Origin: a virus
Taxonomy: Duplodnaviria > Caudoviricetes
Length of the DNA: 64,000 nucleotides
Direction: 5' to 3' (one strand)
IMG/VR virus record: IMGVR_UViG_3300043177_000122
Location: 32,001 to 96,000 of that record
The notes beneath the pieces are model-generated. The model did not search any database. It had not been told where the DNA came from and saw only the letters and a program-made list of their open reading frames with translations. A program made the translations under genes and the position numbers. Numbering within the stretch: the stretch's first letter is position 1; each line of letters opens with the position of its first letter. Shown piece after piece: positions 28,894 through 39,228 of the stretch.

Positions 28894-30080
28894 AAAAGAA
28901 CGATATGGACATGTGGAAAAATTCTCAATTCATTAATGTACTTGGTCGTCCTGAAATTTCTGCAATGAATCTTGGAGCCCCCTCCTTATTCAAGGCGTTA
29001 TTTGATAAAACTTCTGGCCATGTTACCGAGTTTTATCGTAAAGGGCGTGTTAAAGGAGTAGATGATAATGAAGACCTTGCTAATGTTGAGCCTTTAAAAG
29101 TAAAATATCAAAAGTTTTTTGATAGCAAAGCGGGTCGTCTTATTTATAATTATTTAGATAATAAATCCATTTATCTATGGAAGGACGGTATTGTAGAGTT
29201 TACTGTTAGTGGAAATTATGTTTCCGTGCATGTATTATCTCACAATCAAAAGTTTGCGGAAGAAGTACGCGATTACTTCAAATCACAATGGGCATTGCCT
29301 GATAAGAAGGGGCACATCTATGCCATTGTTCGTAATGGCATGCATCTTGGGTTGAATAGTATTGGTGATGCAGGTATTCCTTTGGTAGAGGATAACTACA
29401 CTCCAACGGTACAAGAAGATTATAAATATGCTATCAATGATTTGAATTCTGATAGTCCATCTGGTCGTATTGTTATCATGCGCGGTCCTGCTGGAACTGG
29501 CAAAACTCACTTGATTCGTGCTATGTTGCTTCAGGTGCCAGATGCAATGTTCGTTTTAATTTCTCCTGAAGTAGTCACTAACCTTGCTGGTCCAGAGCTA
29601 TTGCCTTTGTTAATGAACTATCGTGGAGGTTCAACTGGCCCTATTGTTTTAGTCCTTGAAGACGCAGATCGTTGCCTAGTTACTCGTGGTGATGAAAACA
29701 TGAGCCTTATTCAATCGTTATTGAATTTGGGCGATGGTATTCTTGGTTCTATGTTGGATATTCGTATTGTGGCGACCACAAATGCTGAAGAATTGAAACT
29801 AGATAAAGCCGTCACTCGTCCTGGTCGTTTAAGCAAAATGCTCAATGTAAATACATTAGATCCTCTTACGGCACAACGTATTTTCCGTCGTTTATTGCCG
29901 GACACAGCATTTCCTGTTGAAATTAATGGATCGACAAATCCAAAGGATTTCAATGTCACTCTAGCTGAAGTATATGCTTTAGCTCGTAAAAATGGATGGA
30001 AAGCAGCGCCACGCAAAGTGGTAGACGATATCGATGACAATGATATCGATGACAATGATATGGATGATTGGGACGAATAA
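28890..30080 (+). CDS. AAA+ ATPase with acidic tail
   Basis: Walker A GPAGTGKT, Walker B LVLED, TRPGRL; 15-bp duplication in the Asp-rich tail. Confidence 0.85.
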   Translation: MKKNDMDMWKNSQFINVLGRPEISAMNLGAPSLFKALFDKTSGHVTEFYRKGRVKGVDDNEDLANVEPLKVKYQKFFDSKAGRLIYNYLDNKSIYLWKDGIVEFTVSGNYVSVHVLSHNQKFAEEVRDYFKSQWALPDKKGHIYAIVRNGMHLGLNSIGDAGIPLVEDNYTPTVQEDYKYAINDLNSDSPSGRIVIMRGPAGTGKTHLIRAMLLQVPDAMFVLISPEVVTNLAGPELLPLLMNYRGGSTGPIVLVLEDADRCLVTRGDENMSLIQSLLNLGDGILGSMLDIRIVATTNAEELKLDKAVTRPGRLSKMLNVNTLDPLTAQRIFRRLLPDTAFPVEINGSTNPKDFNVTLAEVYALARKNGWKAAPRKVVDDIDDNDIDDNDMDDWDE

Positions 30081-30126
30081 TTATGCATAAATAGACAATC
30101 TTATAGGCAGATTGTCCGGAGTATTT

Positions 30127-30366
30127 ATGCAATCAGGCGAACTAATCGTAATAGGAAATGGTGAAGTAACAATTACCTTGCGTGAATGTCCTAGTGGTAT
30201 AAAGTGCCGCTTTAGGCACGAGCATCATATTATTCCGTGCAATCCTCAGCATAGCGACTCTTTAGAATACGAAATACGTCTAAGCCGTAAACACAAAGGC
30301 TACGTACTAGTTATTAAGTGGCAAGTATCAGGAGTTCGTGAGATTATTTGGCACGCTCACTACTAA
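30127..30366 (+). CDS. Small His-containing protein, paralog 1
   Basis: MQSGELIVIGNGE...PC...IKWQVSGVREIIW. Confidence 0.65.
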   Translation: MQSGELIVIGNGEVTITLRECPSGIKCRFRHEHHIIPCNPQHSDSLEYEIRLSRKHKGYVLVIKWQVSGVREIIWHAHY

Positions 30367-30375
30367 GGATATTAG

Positions 30376-30669
30376 ATGCAAAATGGCACATTAACTGTAA
30401 CTGGACATGGTGAAACCGAATTACCATTGCGTAGTTGGCCGCGTGAGGTAATTGTTTATTTCAAGCCGGTCTCAGACCCAAACCCTTGCGATCATCACCA
30501 TCCTCACCACGACCATCGTGATCACGTGTCACATCACATTAGACATGAAGATGAAGATCGTAAGAAACATCCGAAACCAGGCCATCATCATCATGATCGT
30601 AAATATCTCTTAGAGATTAAGTGGAAGGTTGTTGGAGTAAGAGAGATTCTTTGGTTTGTAATCTACTAA
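30376..30669 (+). CDS. Small His-rich protein, paralog 2
   Basis: MQNGTLTVTGHGE...PC-His tract...IKWKVVGVREILW. Confidence 0.65.
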   Translation: MQNGTLTVTGHGETELPLRSWPREVIVYFKPVSDPNPCDHHHPHHDHRDHVSHHIRHEDEDRKKHPKPGHHHHDRKYLLEIKWKVVGVREILWFVIY

Positions 30670-30678
30670 GGTGATTGA

Positions 30679-31641
30679 ATGAAGGTTCTTGTATATGGAT
30701 GGTATCACCAATTAAATATTGGTGATGAGCTATTCGTAGACGCATTTCGGAAACTATTTCCGGACTTTCAGTTTACCTTTCATGAAAAAGTAAGTGTCAA
30801 AAATTTAGAAGGGGTAGATGCTGTCTTTTTTGGAGGCGGCTCTTTTCTTTTAGGCAAACCAGAAATTACTGAAGACGCCCTTAAGATAATCAAAACCAAA
30901 CCAATTTTTTATATTGGTGTAGGTGTTGAATCAGATATCCACCCATTACATATGGAGCTAATTGCTTTGGCAAAGCTTATTGCAACGCGCTCCCCCGATC
31001 AAGTAGATAGGCTTAAGTCTATTAATACTAATGTGATGTGGATCCCTGATTTAGTATATTCTTTACAGAATGATGTTCAACTTAGCAATAAGTTGAATCG
31101 TTCTGTTTTGGTTTTACCTAATATCTCTGTTGTTCCTAATCATTTGCATCCATATTGGATGCATGCATCTTGGAACCATTTCAAATCAGAATTTTCTCAG
31201 TTTTTAGATGTTTTAGTTCAAGAAGGATATAAGTTAGACTTTTTATCTATGTGTCGAGGTCATCAGGTTAATGATGATTGGGCCGGGGGCGAAATTATTA
31301 GTCATATGACTCGCCGAGGTAAGTATTTGCTTAAAGATCAGTCAATGGGTATTGGGCATGTAACTAGCGTTATTTCCCAATATAGCCTGGTGATTACCCA
31401 AAGATTCCATGGAATAGTTTTAGCCGAAATGACTAGGACACCATATATTGCACTTCATCATCATGATAAATTAAAGTTTACTCAGCCGCGTAATGGTTAT
31501 TTTTTATCATACTATAGTTGCTCAAAACAATTACTCATTGATTCATTTGATCAAACGATTAAAATGAAATTTACTAATGCCCTACCAATAGAATCAGATA
31601 TCTACAAGACTCTTGTGGAAAGAGTGAGGAGTCTATTATAA
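30679..31641 (+). CDS. Polysaccharide pyruvyl transferase family protein
   Basis: YGWY...NIGD, FGGGS, GVGV, PDLVY, QRFHG. Confidence 0.85.
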   Translation: MKVLVYGWYHQLNIGDELFVDAFRKLFPDFQFTFHEKVSVKNLEGVDAVFFGGGSFLLGKPEITEDALKIIKTKPIFYIGVGVESDIHPLHMELIALAKLIATRSPDQVDRLKSINTNVMWIPDLVYSLQNDVQLSNKLNRSVLVLPNISVVPNHLHPYWMHASWNHFKSEFSQFLDVLVQEGYKLDFLSMCRGHQVNDDWAGGEIISHMTRRGKYLLKDQSMGIGHVTSVISQYSLVITQRFHGIVLAEMTRTPYIALHHHDKLKFTQPRNGYFLSYYSCSKQLLIDSFDQTIKMKFTNALPIESDIYKTLVERVRSLL

Positions 31642-31653
31642 TGGTTGGTGCAA

Positions 31654-32934
31654 ATGGCGCGTTTTATTGGGGTGAAACATAATCGCATTTGTGTGGTATC
31701 GGATAATATATTCAATAATTCTGGGTTGGAAATTATTGAAGTTCCATCGGAATTGCTCCATTTATCAGCGGCTGACTTAATGATTAATTGTGTTGTCAGA
31801 AATGGTCAGATTGTATGTAAGTGTTCTAAAAAGCCAGTTAGCCAAATTAAATTAGCTTTAGTTGGTAATTGGAAAATGAGATGTGGGATAGCTACGTATT
31901 CAGAAAATCTTTGGCCGGAAGTCGCTAAACATGTTGGCGACTTTAAGCTTTTTATAGAAAAGAATGATATTACTACCGGTGATGTACATCAGTTTGGTGA
32001 CAGGTTATTATCAGAATCTCAGGTTGCGTCTTGCTGGAAGCGTGGCGAATCTTTACAAGATTTGACCAAAGCTCTTAAAGAGTATCAACCAGATATTATT
32101 TGGATTCAACATGAATTTGGTTTATGGCCAAATGCTAGTTACTGGTTATCTATGATGAGTCGGTTATCAGATTATCGTGTAATTGTAACTATGCACTCCA
32201 TTTTTCACCATAAAGACAAAACAATTGTGGAAGCGGCAATGCCAGAAATTGTTGCTCATTTAGAGGGCGGCCGTAAACTTCTCAAAGAAGAGAAGTGCAT
32301 TACTTCCAAGGTACATGTAATTCCGCATGGCTGTTATAAGCTCGATAATGAGCGATTATGGAATTTCTACAAATCTGACAAGACATTCTTGCAGTTCGGG
32401 TTTGGGTTCCGTTACAAAGGCTGGGAGAATTCTATAAAAGCTACCGCCATCCTTAAAGAAAAGTATCCTGACGTTTTCTTCACTGGTTTATTCTCTGAAT
32501 CACCATACGCTAAGCTTGAGCATCAAGTGTACTACAACGAGCTAATGAATCTAATTAATGAACTAGGAATACAAGAGAATGTTGCCTTGTTGCGCGGTTA
32601 CCAGTCAGATGAAGTATTAGATAGTTTCTTACGAACAAATCAAGCCACTATTTTCCCGTATGTATCTCATCCTAATCATGAAGTGTTCGGAGCATCTGGA
32701 GCTGCTAGAATGGCCATGTCAAAAGGATTGCCAGTTGTAACATCTTCCGTTAATCATTTCTCAGATTTACCAACGATAAAAGCAGATACACCAGAAGATA
32801 TTGCAAAGGCCCTGGAAAAGATTTTCACGTCCTACAAAGCAAAAGAAAAACAACTTCAAGTTCAAATGGCCTATCTTAATGAAAATACTTGGGAAAAAAT
32901 TGGTCAGCGCTATATTGATATTTTTGAGGAGTGA
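31654..32934 (+). CDS. Glycosyltransferase (GT-B, family 4-like)
   Basis: CGIATY, IQHEFG, VTMH, VIPHG, FGFGFRYKG, GASGA..MAMSKG.PVV. Confidence 0.85.
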   Translation: MARFIGVKHNRICVVSDNIFNNSGLEIIEVPSELLHLSAADLMINCVVRNGQIVCKCSKKPVSQIKLALVGNWKMRCGIATYSENLWPEVAKHVGDFKLFIEKNDITTGDVHQFGDRLLSESQVASCWKRGESLQDLTKALKEYQPDIIWIQHEFGLWPNASYWLSMMSRLSDYRVIVTMHSIFHHKDKTIVEAAMPEIVAHLEGGRKLLKEEKCITSKVHVIPHGCYKLDNERLWNFYKSDKTFLQFGFGFRYKGWENSIKATAILKEKYPDVFFTGLFSESPYAKLEHQVYYNELMNLINELGIQENVALLRGYQSDEVLDSFLRTNQATIFPYVSHPNHEVFGASGAARMAMSKGLPVVTSSVNHFSDLPTIKADTPEDIAKALEKIFTSYKAKEKQLQVQMAYLNENTWEKIGQRYIDIFEE

Positions 32935-33011
32935 AATTACTGATAAAAAACGATATGACCTATGAAATTAATGATATAGGGTGATTGACAGACAATTACA
33001 TAGGAGAAATC

Positions 33012-33971
33012 ATGTCAACCTCAAATTACACCCTAGAAATTATTAGCCACCACCCAAAATTTAATAACAAGTCCCTTCGCAAATACTACGTTGATGGAAT
33101 TGAAACGGTAGGTGTTTGGGGCGATGAGCCATTCGAAATTCGTTTTAAAAATAATACTTGGCAAAAAGTTCAAGTAAAGATTACATTAGATGGTACCGAT
33201 ATTTTAACCGGCAAACCAGGAGATACTGAAGTCTCTAAGGATATGTGGGTAGTTAATGGATATGGCACTCTCAACCTTAAAGCCTGGCCAGAAGATAATA
33301 ATGGTGGAGCTGGTTTTGTTTTTACAAGCGCCAACAATAGCGTAGCAGTACATACTCATGGTGATATGTCTAGTCGTGGCATTATTGCTGCGGCTGTTTT
33401 CGTAGAAGGACATGTTGAGCCTATTAGACTTACCTATACTCCACCAATCTACGAAACGCATCACCACCACCATCACTATGAGAGACGTAAGTGTTCCGAC
33501 CATTTTTATAGTCCAATTTGGATTGGTGGCACAGGCGGTACTACTTATGGGTCTAGTACGGGCGGATTTGTTGGTGGCACCTTATCTTCAAATACTATCA
33601 GCTTAAACAGTGTTCAGCCTGCCGCATCATCCGCATCAGTTGATTGCTACATGAACGAGGTATGTGATTCAGATTCTCGTGGACTAGATAGTTTAGTTTC
33701 TGTTGGGGCCGGTACTCATGTTGATCAAAAGATTGTAGAGGTTGCTGGACTGATTAAGCCAACCTTTACTGAAACTATCAGAGTAAAATATATGTGGTGG
33801 GATGATTTACAAGCTAAGTTACGTACTGGTACTCGGGCTAAGCCACAACCTTCAGGATTCCCTGGAGACCACAATAAAAAGAATATTGATCTAAAGGGAA
33901 CTCCACGTATTGGAGAGAAGCCTGGATCATTTCGTCGAGTAGAACAACCACAAGTGTTTGATCGATTCTAA
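33012..33971 (+). CDS. Hypothetical protein (N-terminal beta-rich domain, His6 tract, Gly/Ser/Thr linker)
   Basis: RBS AGGAGA; followed by a terminator. Confidence 0.65.
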   Translation: MSTSNYTLEIISHHPKFNNKSLRKYYVDGIETVGVWGDEPFEIRFKNNTWQKVQVKITLDGTDILTGKPGDTEVSKDMWVVNGYGTLNLKAWPEDNNGGAGFVFTSANNSVAVHTHGDMSSRGIIAAAVFVEGHVEPIRLTYTPPIYETHHHHHHYERRKCSDHFYSPIWIGGTGGTTYGSSTGGFVGGTLSSNTISLNSVQPAASSASVDCYMNEVCDSDSRGLDSLVSVGAGTHVDQKIVEVAGLIKPTFTETIRVKYMWWDDLQAKLRTGTRAKPQPSGFPGDHNKKNIDLKGTPRIGEKPGSFRRVEQPQVFDRF

Positions 33972-33979
33972 TTCGACCT

Positions 33980-34010
33980 TGAGGCGAAATGGTTTCGCCT
34001 CATTTTTTAT
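33980..34010 (+). terminator. Rho-independent terminator
   Basis: TGAGGCGAA/TTCGCCTCA stem plus T tract. Confidence 0.75.
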
Positions 34011-34069
34011 TGGATGCGCCTTGACAGCGCATTCGTAGAAATTATATTTGAAGCACGAGGTAAATTTCA

Positions 34070-34531
34070 TGTGGCTTTTATTTCAAAGCAAGAACAGATG
34101 CAATTAAATCTTGAGCAACTAAAAGTTGTGGCTGTTTAACTGGTGATTTGATTTCATCTGGAAATAAACTATCAAATAATTTGGGAGCCATTAATTTAGT
34201 AAGAAGGCACTACAAACATAATGCAAAGAAAAGGGATTTAATTTTCAAGTTATCAGAAAAAGAATTTGAAAATTTCATATTTGGGAATTGTCATTATTGT
34301 GGGGCTGAGCCCAAATTAGTGAAATTTGCTAGTAGCTCTGAAAATAGAAGAGATAAAGAGATTATCTATAATGGTATAGATAGGATTAATAATTCTGTAG
34401 GATATGTATTGTCTAATTGTGTTACATGCTGTTCAATTTGTAATACAGCTAAATCTGATCTTTCATTTGAAGAATTTAATGATTGGATAAAAAGATTAGT
34501 GAGATATAATGGCCAACAAAAAAGTTTCTAA
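34070..34531 (+). pseudogene. HNH-type homing endonuclease with a disrupted N-terminus
   Basis: KSCGC, CHYCG, NGIDRINNSVGY..SNCVTCCSICN; no open start upstream. Confidence 0.7.
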
Positions 34532-36998
34532 ATTTCCGCCTAAACGTCCAGACAATTCACATATAATTAAAGCAAGATCGAAACATGACTGGTCAGATTA
34601 TCAGAAAGCAATTTTTCAAGATATTGCAAAGGGGAAAGATCACACTGTTGTAATTGCTAGGGCTGGCAGTGGGAAAACAAGCACTATTGTTGAAGGTTTT
34701 AGATATATTCCAAAAGGAACGAAAACTCTCATGGTTGCTTTTAATAAAAGTATAGCCGAGGAGTTAAAACAACGAGCCGCATCTTATATTGATGTAATGA
34801 CTCTTCATTCTTTGGGATTCAGAGCTATTAAACAAAGTTTTGGAACTGATGTTATTCTAGAGAATGACAAATGTAATATGCTTATCTCCACACTAATTGG
34901 AGATGATCGGGATATGTGGGAAGTGAATCAGAGCATTGCAAAGTGTGTTTCTCTTTGTAAGGGTTTTCTTGTAGATACTCCATCTAAAGTTGGAGATTTG
35001 ATTGACAAGTTTGGAATCGAAATATTCGATTATTCTAGAGAGAAATTTACTGAATTAGTCCTCAAGACATTAGCTTTGTGCAAAGCAAAGAAAAATGTCA
35101 TTGATTTTGACGATATGATTTGGTTTCCCTTCGTTTATCGTTTAAACGTAGGGAAATTCGATGTTGTTTTTGTTGACGAAGCTCAGGATCTAAATCAGGC
35201 ACAAATTGCCATGGTGTTATCGGCTTGTAAAGTAGATGGTCGCATTATTGCAGTTGGAGACCCGGCGCAATGTGTTGATGAAAATACTATGGTAAATGTT
35301 GACGGAGGTTGGGCTTCCGTTAAAGATTGTAAAGTTGGACAATATATACTTTGCTATAATAATAGCAAATTAGATAGTAAAAAAATTATCAACAAAGTAA
35401 AATCTAATTGGGAATATGGTTATGAAATAACAACGTATTCTGGTAAGAAATTATTGATGTCCCCGAACCATAAGATTTGGGCGTCTGCACCAATGCTTGA
35501 CGAACAATATATTGTTTATTTGATGTATAGACCAGATTTAGGTTTTAGAGTAGGTAAAACTAATACGTGGAAGGATACAAATTATCCATTTGGTTTAAGA
35601 GCTAATTCTGAAAATGCAACCAAACTTTGGGTTCTTGATATTGCAAACTCTAATGAAGAAGCTCTGTTATTGGAAGAGCAGTATTCTTTAAGATATAAAA
35701 TTCCTACATCTGTATTTAATGGTGAACATAGAAATATCAATCAAGAAAGATTAAATACAATTTTTGCAGAGTTTGGAAAAAATGGACACTTTCTTCTTAA
35801 AGATAAAAATCTGCATTTTGCATACCCACATTGGATGGCTTCCTCTAATTCTAAAATCAATAGAAGAACTGTTAGGGTAAATGCTCATTCTAAAAAAGGA
35901 ACTCAAGTAACTTTGGAGTGGAAAGACGACGCTTTAGATAAAGTGTTTATGAAACATGGGGTTATCTTTTCTAAAGGCAAGAATTCAAGAATTAGAAAAT
36001 ACTTCTCTGATTATACTAGCGCCTTATCGTTTGCAGGAATGATTGCACAACTTTCTGGCGGAGAAGTTAACGAAAGATTATCGATTAATGATAATCCATA
36101 TTTGATTACCGCATCAGGTCTTCATGTTGGAATGAAAGTATATTCTTTACTTAAAAATCAACTTGTTGATGATATGATTATCAGTATAGATAAAAAATCC
36201 GGCTCATTTTATGATTTGGAAGTAGAAGAATCGGCCAATTTCATTGGTAATAATATTCTGAGCCACAATTCTATTTACCAGTTCCGAGGAGCTGATAGTG
36301 AGGCTATTCCAAACTTTATTGATAAGCTTAAAGCCAAAACTTTACCATTGTCCGTTACCTACCGCTGTCCGATCAAGGTGGTAGACCTAGCGAAGGAAAT
36401 TGTACCTGACATTGAGGCGGCCGAGAATGCCAAGGATGGGGTGGTAGAAGAGGTTCCAGCAGAACAATTTCTTAAATTGGTTAGGCCGGGGGACTTTGTG
36501 CTCTCTAGGACGAACGCCCCTTTGATTAAACACTGTATGGCTTTGCTAAAAGCAGGGGTACCAGCCAATATTCAAGGAAGAGATGTTGGCGCCAATCTAC
36601 AATATTTCATTAAAAAATCCAAATCAAAGACTATTGTTCAATTTACAGAATATGTAAATGCATGGAGAGAACAAGAAGTTAAGCGACTATTGGCTGAGAA
36701 AAAAGATCCAATTGCAACTATCGATAAAGCAGAATGTTTATTGAACCTCTGTGAAGGAACCCTTACTATTAAGGACCTAAAAGAGACAATAGAAAAGCTG
36801 TTCAACGATGTTAATGATACTGCTAAAGTTATTTTTTCAACAACACATAAAGCCAAAGGTTTGGAACGCGATAGAGTCTTTGTTCTCACCAACACCTACC
36901 GAAAAGGAGCCGGAGGAGAAGAAGACAACCTCTGGTATGTCGCGGTAACTCGTAGTAAATCTGAGTTGTACCTGGTAAAGAAATACTTGAAGCAATAA
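34509..36998 (+). CDS. UvrD/Rep-type SF1 helicase containing an intein
   Basis: ARAGSGKT, DEAQD, GDPAQ|SIYQFRGA, YRCP, THKAKGLE, YVAVTR. Confidence 0.93.
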   Translation: MANKKVSKFPPKRPDNSHIIKARSKHDWSDYQKAIFQDIAKGKDHTVVIARAGSGKTSTIVEGFRYIPKGTKTLMVAFNKSIAEELKQRAASYIDVMTLHSLGFRAIKQSFGTDVILENDKCNMLISTLIGDDRDMWEVNQSIAKCVSLCKGFLVDTPSKVGDLIDKFGIEIFDYSREKFTELVLKTLALCKAKKNVIDFDDMIWFPFVYRLNVGKFDVVFVDEAQDLNQAQIAMVLSACKVDGRIIAVGDPAQCVDENTMVNVDGGWASVKDCKVGQYILCYNNSKLDSKKIINKVKSNWEYGYEITTYSGKKLLMSPNHKIWASAPMLDEQYIVYLMYRPDLGFRVGKTNTWKDTNYPFGLRANSENATKLWVLDIANSNEEALLLEEQYSLRYKIPTSVFNGEHRNINQERLNTIFAEFGKNGHFLLKDKNLHFAYPHWMASSNSKINRRTVRVNAHSKKGTQVTLEWKDDALDKVFMKHGVIFSKGKNSRIRKYFSDYTSALSFAGMIAQLSGGEVNERLSINDNPYLITASGLHVGMKVYSLLKNQLVDDMIISIDKKSGSFYDLEVEESANFIGNNILSHNSIYQFRGADSEAIPNFIDKLKAKTLPLSVTYRCPIKVVDLAKEIVPDIEAAENAKDGVVEEVPAEQFLKLVRPGDFVLSRTNAPLIKHCMALLKAGVPANIQGRDVGANLQYFIKKSKSKTIVQFTEYVNAWREQEVKRLLAEKKDPIATIDKAECLLNLCEGTLTIKDLKETIEKLFNDVNDTAKVIFSTTHKAKGLERDRVFVLTNTYRKGAGGEEDNLWYVAVTRSKSELYLVKKYLKQ
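35271..36269 (+). mobile_element. Intein (333 aa) in helicase motif III
   Basis: C1 (CVDEN), block B SPNH, block F YDLEV, terminal HN followed by Ser+1; excision restores GDPAQSIYQFRGA. Confidence 0.93.
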
Positions 36999-37015
36999 TC
37001 TCGCATCTAGCTGAG

Positions 37016-38266
37016 ATGACTCGCTATAAAATGGTTGCTAGGGATATCAATTCCAATCCCACACAATGGAGAACTTGGGTAGTTCAGGGACAGCCTGATT
37101 TTGACGGATATTATTATACCGGTTATAAATCAGGTCCTAACGCCTTTACGGAAGTACATGCTTATGCTATACCTGATACAGGCACTATAGCTGACTTTAA
37201 TCTTCCAGACCCTACTAATTGGGTAGCTACTACGGACCGTTTAAATTGGGATTTCCCAATTCGTAAGGTTTTGCCAGCTCCATTAGAGGATTCAGCTCTA
37301 GCTGTTCTTGATGGGTACATCTATATGTTTGGCGGTAAGATTACCGACAAGATTTATCGTGCTCATGTCAATAATCCTGCTGATTGGGAAGATACAGGTG
37401 CCGTATTACCCAATCCATTGTTTGGGTCCTCTTTGGCCATTGTGGATGGATACATCTATTTATTTGGAGGAAACAACGGAGTAGATGCTGTAAATGGCCT
37501 TGGTGCTATAGATAATATCTACTCTGCTCCGGTTAGTAATCCATTAGTTTGGACTAATCATGGCTCTTTATTACCACGTAGATTAGAATACTCTCATTTA
37601 GCAATGGATGGTTATCAACTCTATCTATTTGGTGGTAGAGAAATTAACTCAGCTACTAATCTTATTTTTACAGCCACCACTTCTAATCCTTTATCTTGGA
37701 CAATAACTGGCTCCACTTTACCATACAAAGTATATGGCGGAACTTTAGCTCAAATTAATAATAATTGGATGATATTTGGTGGTCTTCTTACTCCTGATTC
37801 CCCTACTAACACAATAATTACAGCGTCAGTTAATACTCCGTTATCTTGGACAACTACCGGATTACTACCATGGTCTACTGGATTCGGACAATTTGTTAAT
37901 ATTGGTGGTGATGGATATCTCATTGGACCAATGAATGGTGCAAATACCAATTTTACATCTATTCTGCGTTGTAATTTGAATAATCCAAATGCATGGGTTG
38001 ATCTTCAAGTTGTGGTGCGCGGTGTTGTCTCTCATTCACAGATAGCAATCATTGCAGATAGAGTATGGCTTTTTGGCGGATCAGGATTAACTGCAATTTT
38101 CGCATGTAACCAGATTACTAAATACAATATATTAGCGCCCAAAGCTATCAATTATGGAACCATTACACGTGTTACTGTGCCTAATACTGATAACATAAAT
38201 AGACCATATACTGCAACTGGTATGCCGTGGTGGAAAACTGATTATCCTTTTTATAATAGACCGTAA
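37016..38266 (+). CDS. Kelch/beta-propeller repeat protein with a distinct N-terminal module
   Basis: Repeated DGYIY(M/L)FGG and ..LP units. Confidence 0.8.
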   Translation: MTRYKMVARDINSNPTQWRTWVVQGQPDFDGYYYTGYKSGPNAFTEVHAYAIPDTGTIADFNLPDPTNWVATTDRLNWDFPIRKVLPAPLEDSALAVLDGYIYMFGGKITDKIYRAHVNNPADWEDTGAVLPNPLFGSSLAIVDGYIYLFGGNNGVDAVNGLGAIDNIYSAPVSNPLVWTNHGSLLPRRLEYSHLAMDGYQLYLFGGREINSATNLIFTATTSNPLSWTITGSTLPYKVYGGTLAQINNNWMIFGGLLTPDSPTNTIITASVNTPLSWTTTGLLPWSTGFGQFVNIGGDGYLIGPMNGANTNFTSILRCNLNNPNAWVDLQVVVRGVVSHSQIAIIADRVWLFGGSGLTAIFACNQITKYNILAPKAINYGTITRVTVPNTDNINRPYTATGMPWWKTDYPFYNRP

Positions 38267-38320
38267 TTTAGTAAATAAAGCAGGGTTGACTTCCCTCTGA
38301 AAATGATTAGAATTTGAATT

Positions 38321-38812
38321 ATGAAAGACTATGATACGCCAGAGGAGTGTGAAAAGAGAGCTTCTCAAGAAGATCCTATTGTTATGTACTTAATTGTTCA
38401 TGAAACATTGAATATGAGTACAGGTAAAACAGCAGCTCAATGCGCTCATGCATCTCAGATGTTAACGCTAGAGTACTTTGAAGCTAAAGATAAATCTCGT
38501 GAATTGCAAAAACAAATTCAAAAAACTACCGATCCTGATGAGTTGCTTGTAATGAAAAGTCTGTATGCCGATTATGGTCGCAAGTTATCTATTTTTGGTG
38601 AATGGATGGAAAACTCTTTCCGTAAAGTAGTGCTTCGAGCAGATGACAAAGAATGGGCAAAAATCAAGCAAGACTATGGCCAACATATGGTTATGGTGGT
38701 TGATGCTGGTTTGACAGAAATTCCCAGCGGCAGTGAGACGGTTATAGGTCTATGGCCTATGCGCAAAAGTCAGAGGCCAAAAACTGTTCAACACTTACAA
38801 GTCTTGAAATGA
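38321..38812 (+). CDS. Peptidyl-tRNA hydrolase 2 family
   Basis: MSTGKTAAQCAHA, KVVLRA, DAGLTEIPSGSETVIG; promoter TTGACT-N16-TAGAAT at 38286-38313. Confidence 0.92.
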   Translation: MKDYDTPEECEKRASQEDPIVMYLIVHETLNMSTGKTAAQCAHASQMLTLEYFEAKDKSRELQKQIQKTTDPDELLVMKSLYADYGRKLSIFGEWMENSFRKVVLRADDKEWAKIKQDYGQHMVMVVDAGLTEIPSGSETVIGLWPMRKSQRPKTVQHLQVLK

Positions 38813-39183
38813 TACATGGATTAGTGGTACAAGAGACACAAAATCGTGGCCTTGGTGTATTTGCCACAAAACCTTTTGAAAAGGGAGAACTCATTGAGTG
38901 CTGCCATGTTATTGTTGTACCACGCACAGAGATTATGATTGGCAATACCAGTTCAGTTATGAGACATTATGTAATTGATTGGGACGGTAAACTAGCTGTA
39001 CCAACTGGTTATGGTTGCTTTTATAATCATTCATATAAGCCCAATGCCATTCATTATAAGCATATAGATTTAAATCAAATTCATTTGCATGCTTTAAGAG
39101 ATATTCTTCCATTTGAAGAGATAACGTTCAATTATGGTGGATTTCCTGACTGCAATGAAACATTATGGTTTGAGGTTAAATGA
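38809..39183 (+). CDS. SET-domain protein-lysine methyltransferase
   Basis: RGLGVFATK...KGELI, FYNHSYKPN, EEITFNY. Confidence 0.9.
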   Translation: MIHGLVVQETQNRGLGVFATKPFEKGELIECCHVIVVPRTEIMIGNTSSVMRHYVIDWDGKLAVPTGYGCFYNHSYKPNAIHYKHIDLNQIHLHALRDILPFEEITFNYGGFPDCNETLWFEVK

Positions 39184-39228
39184 AATGTACATGTCCAGGC
39201 TGGTATGGTACTAAGTATCCTTGGCCAC

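Noticed and set aside
28275-30080. Apparent novel RNA ligase-AAA ATPase fusion (601 aa)
   Set aside because: A single extra G at 28883-28884 removes a stop; without it the ligase ends FEKLS-TGA overlapping the ATPase ATG, the usual coupling pattern here
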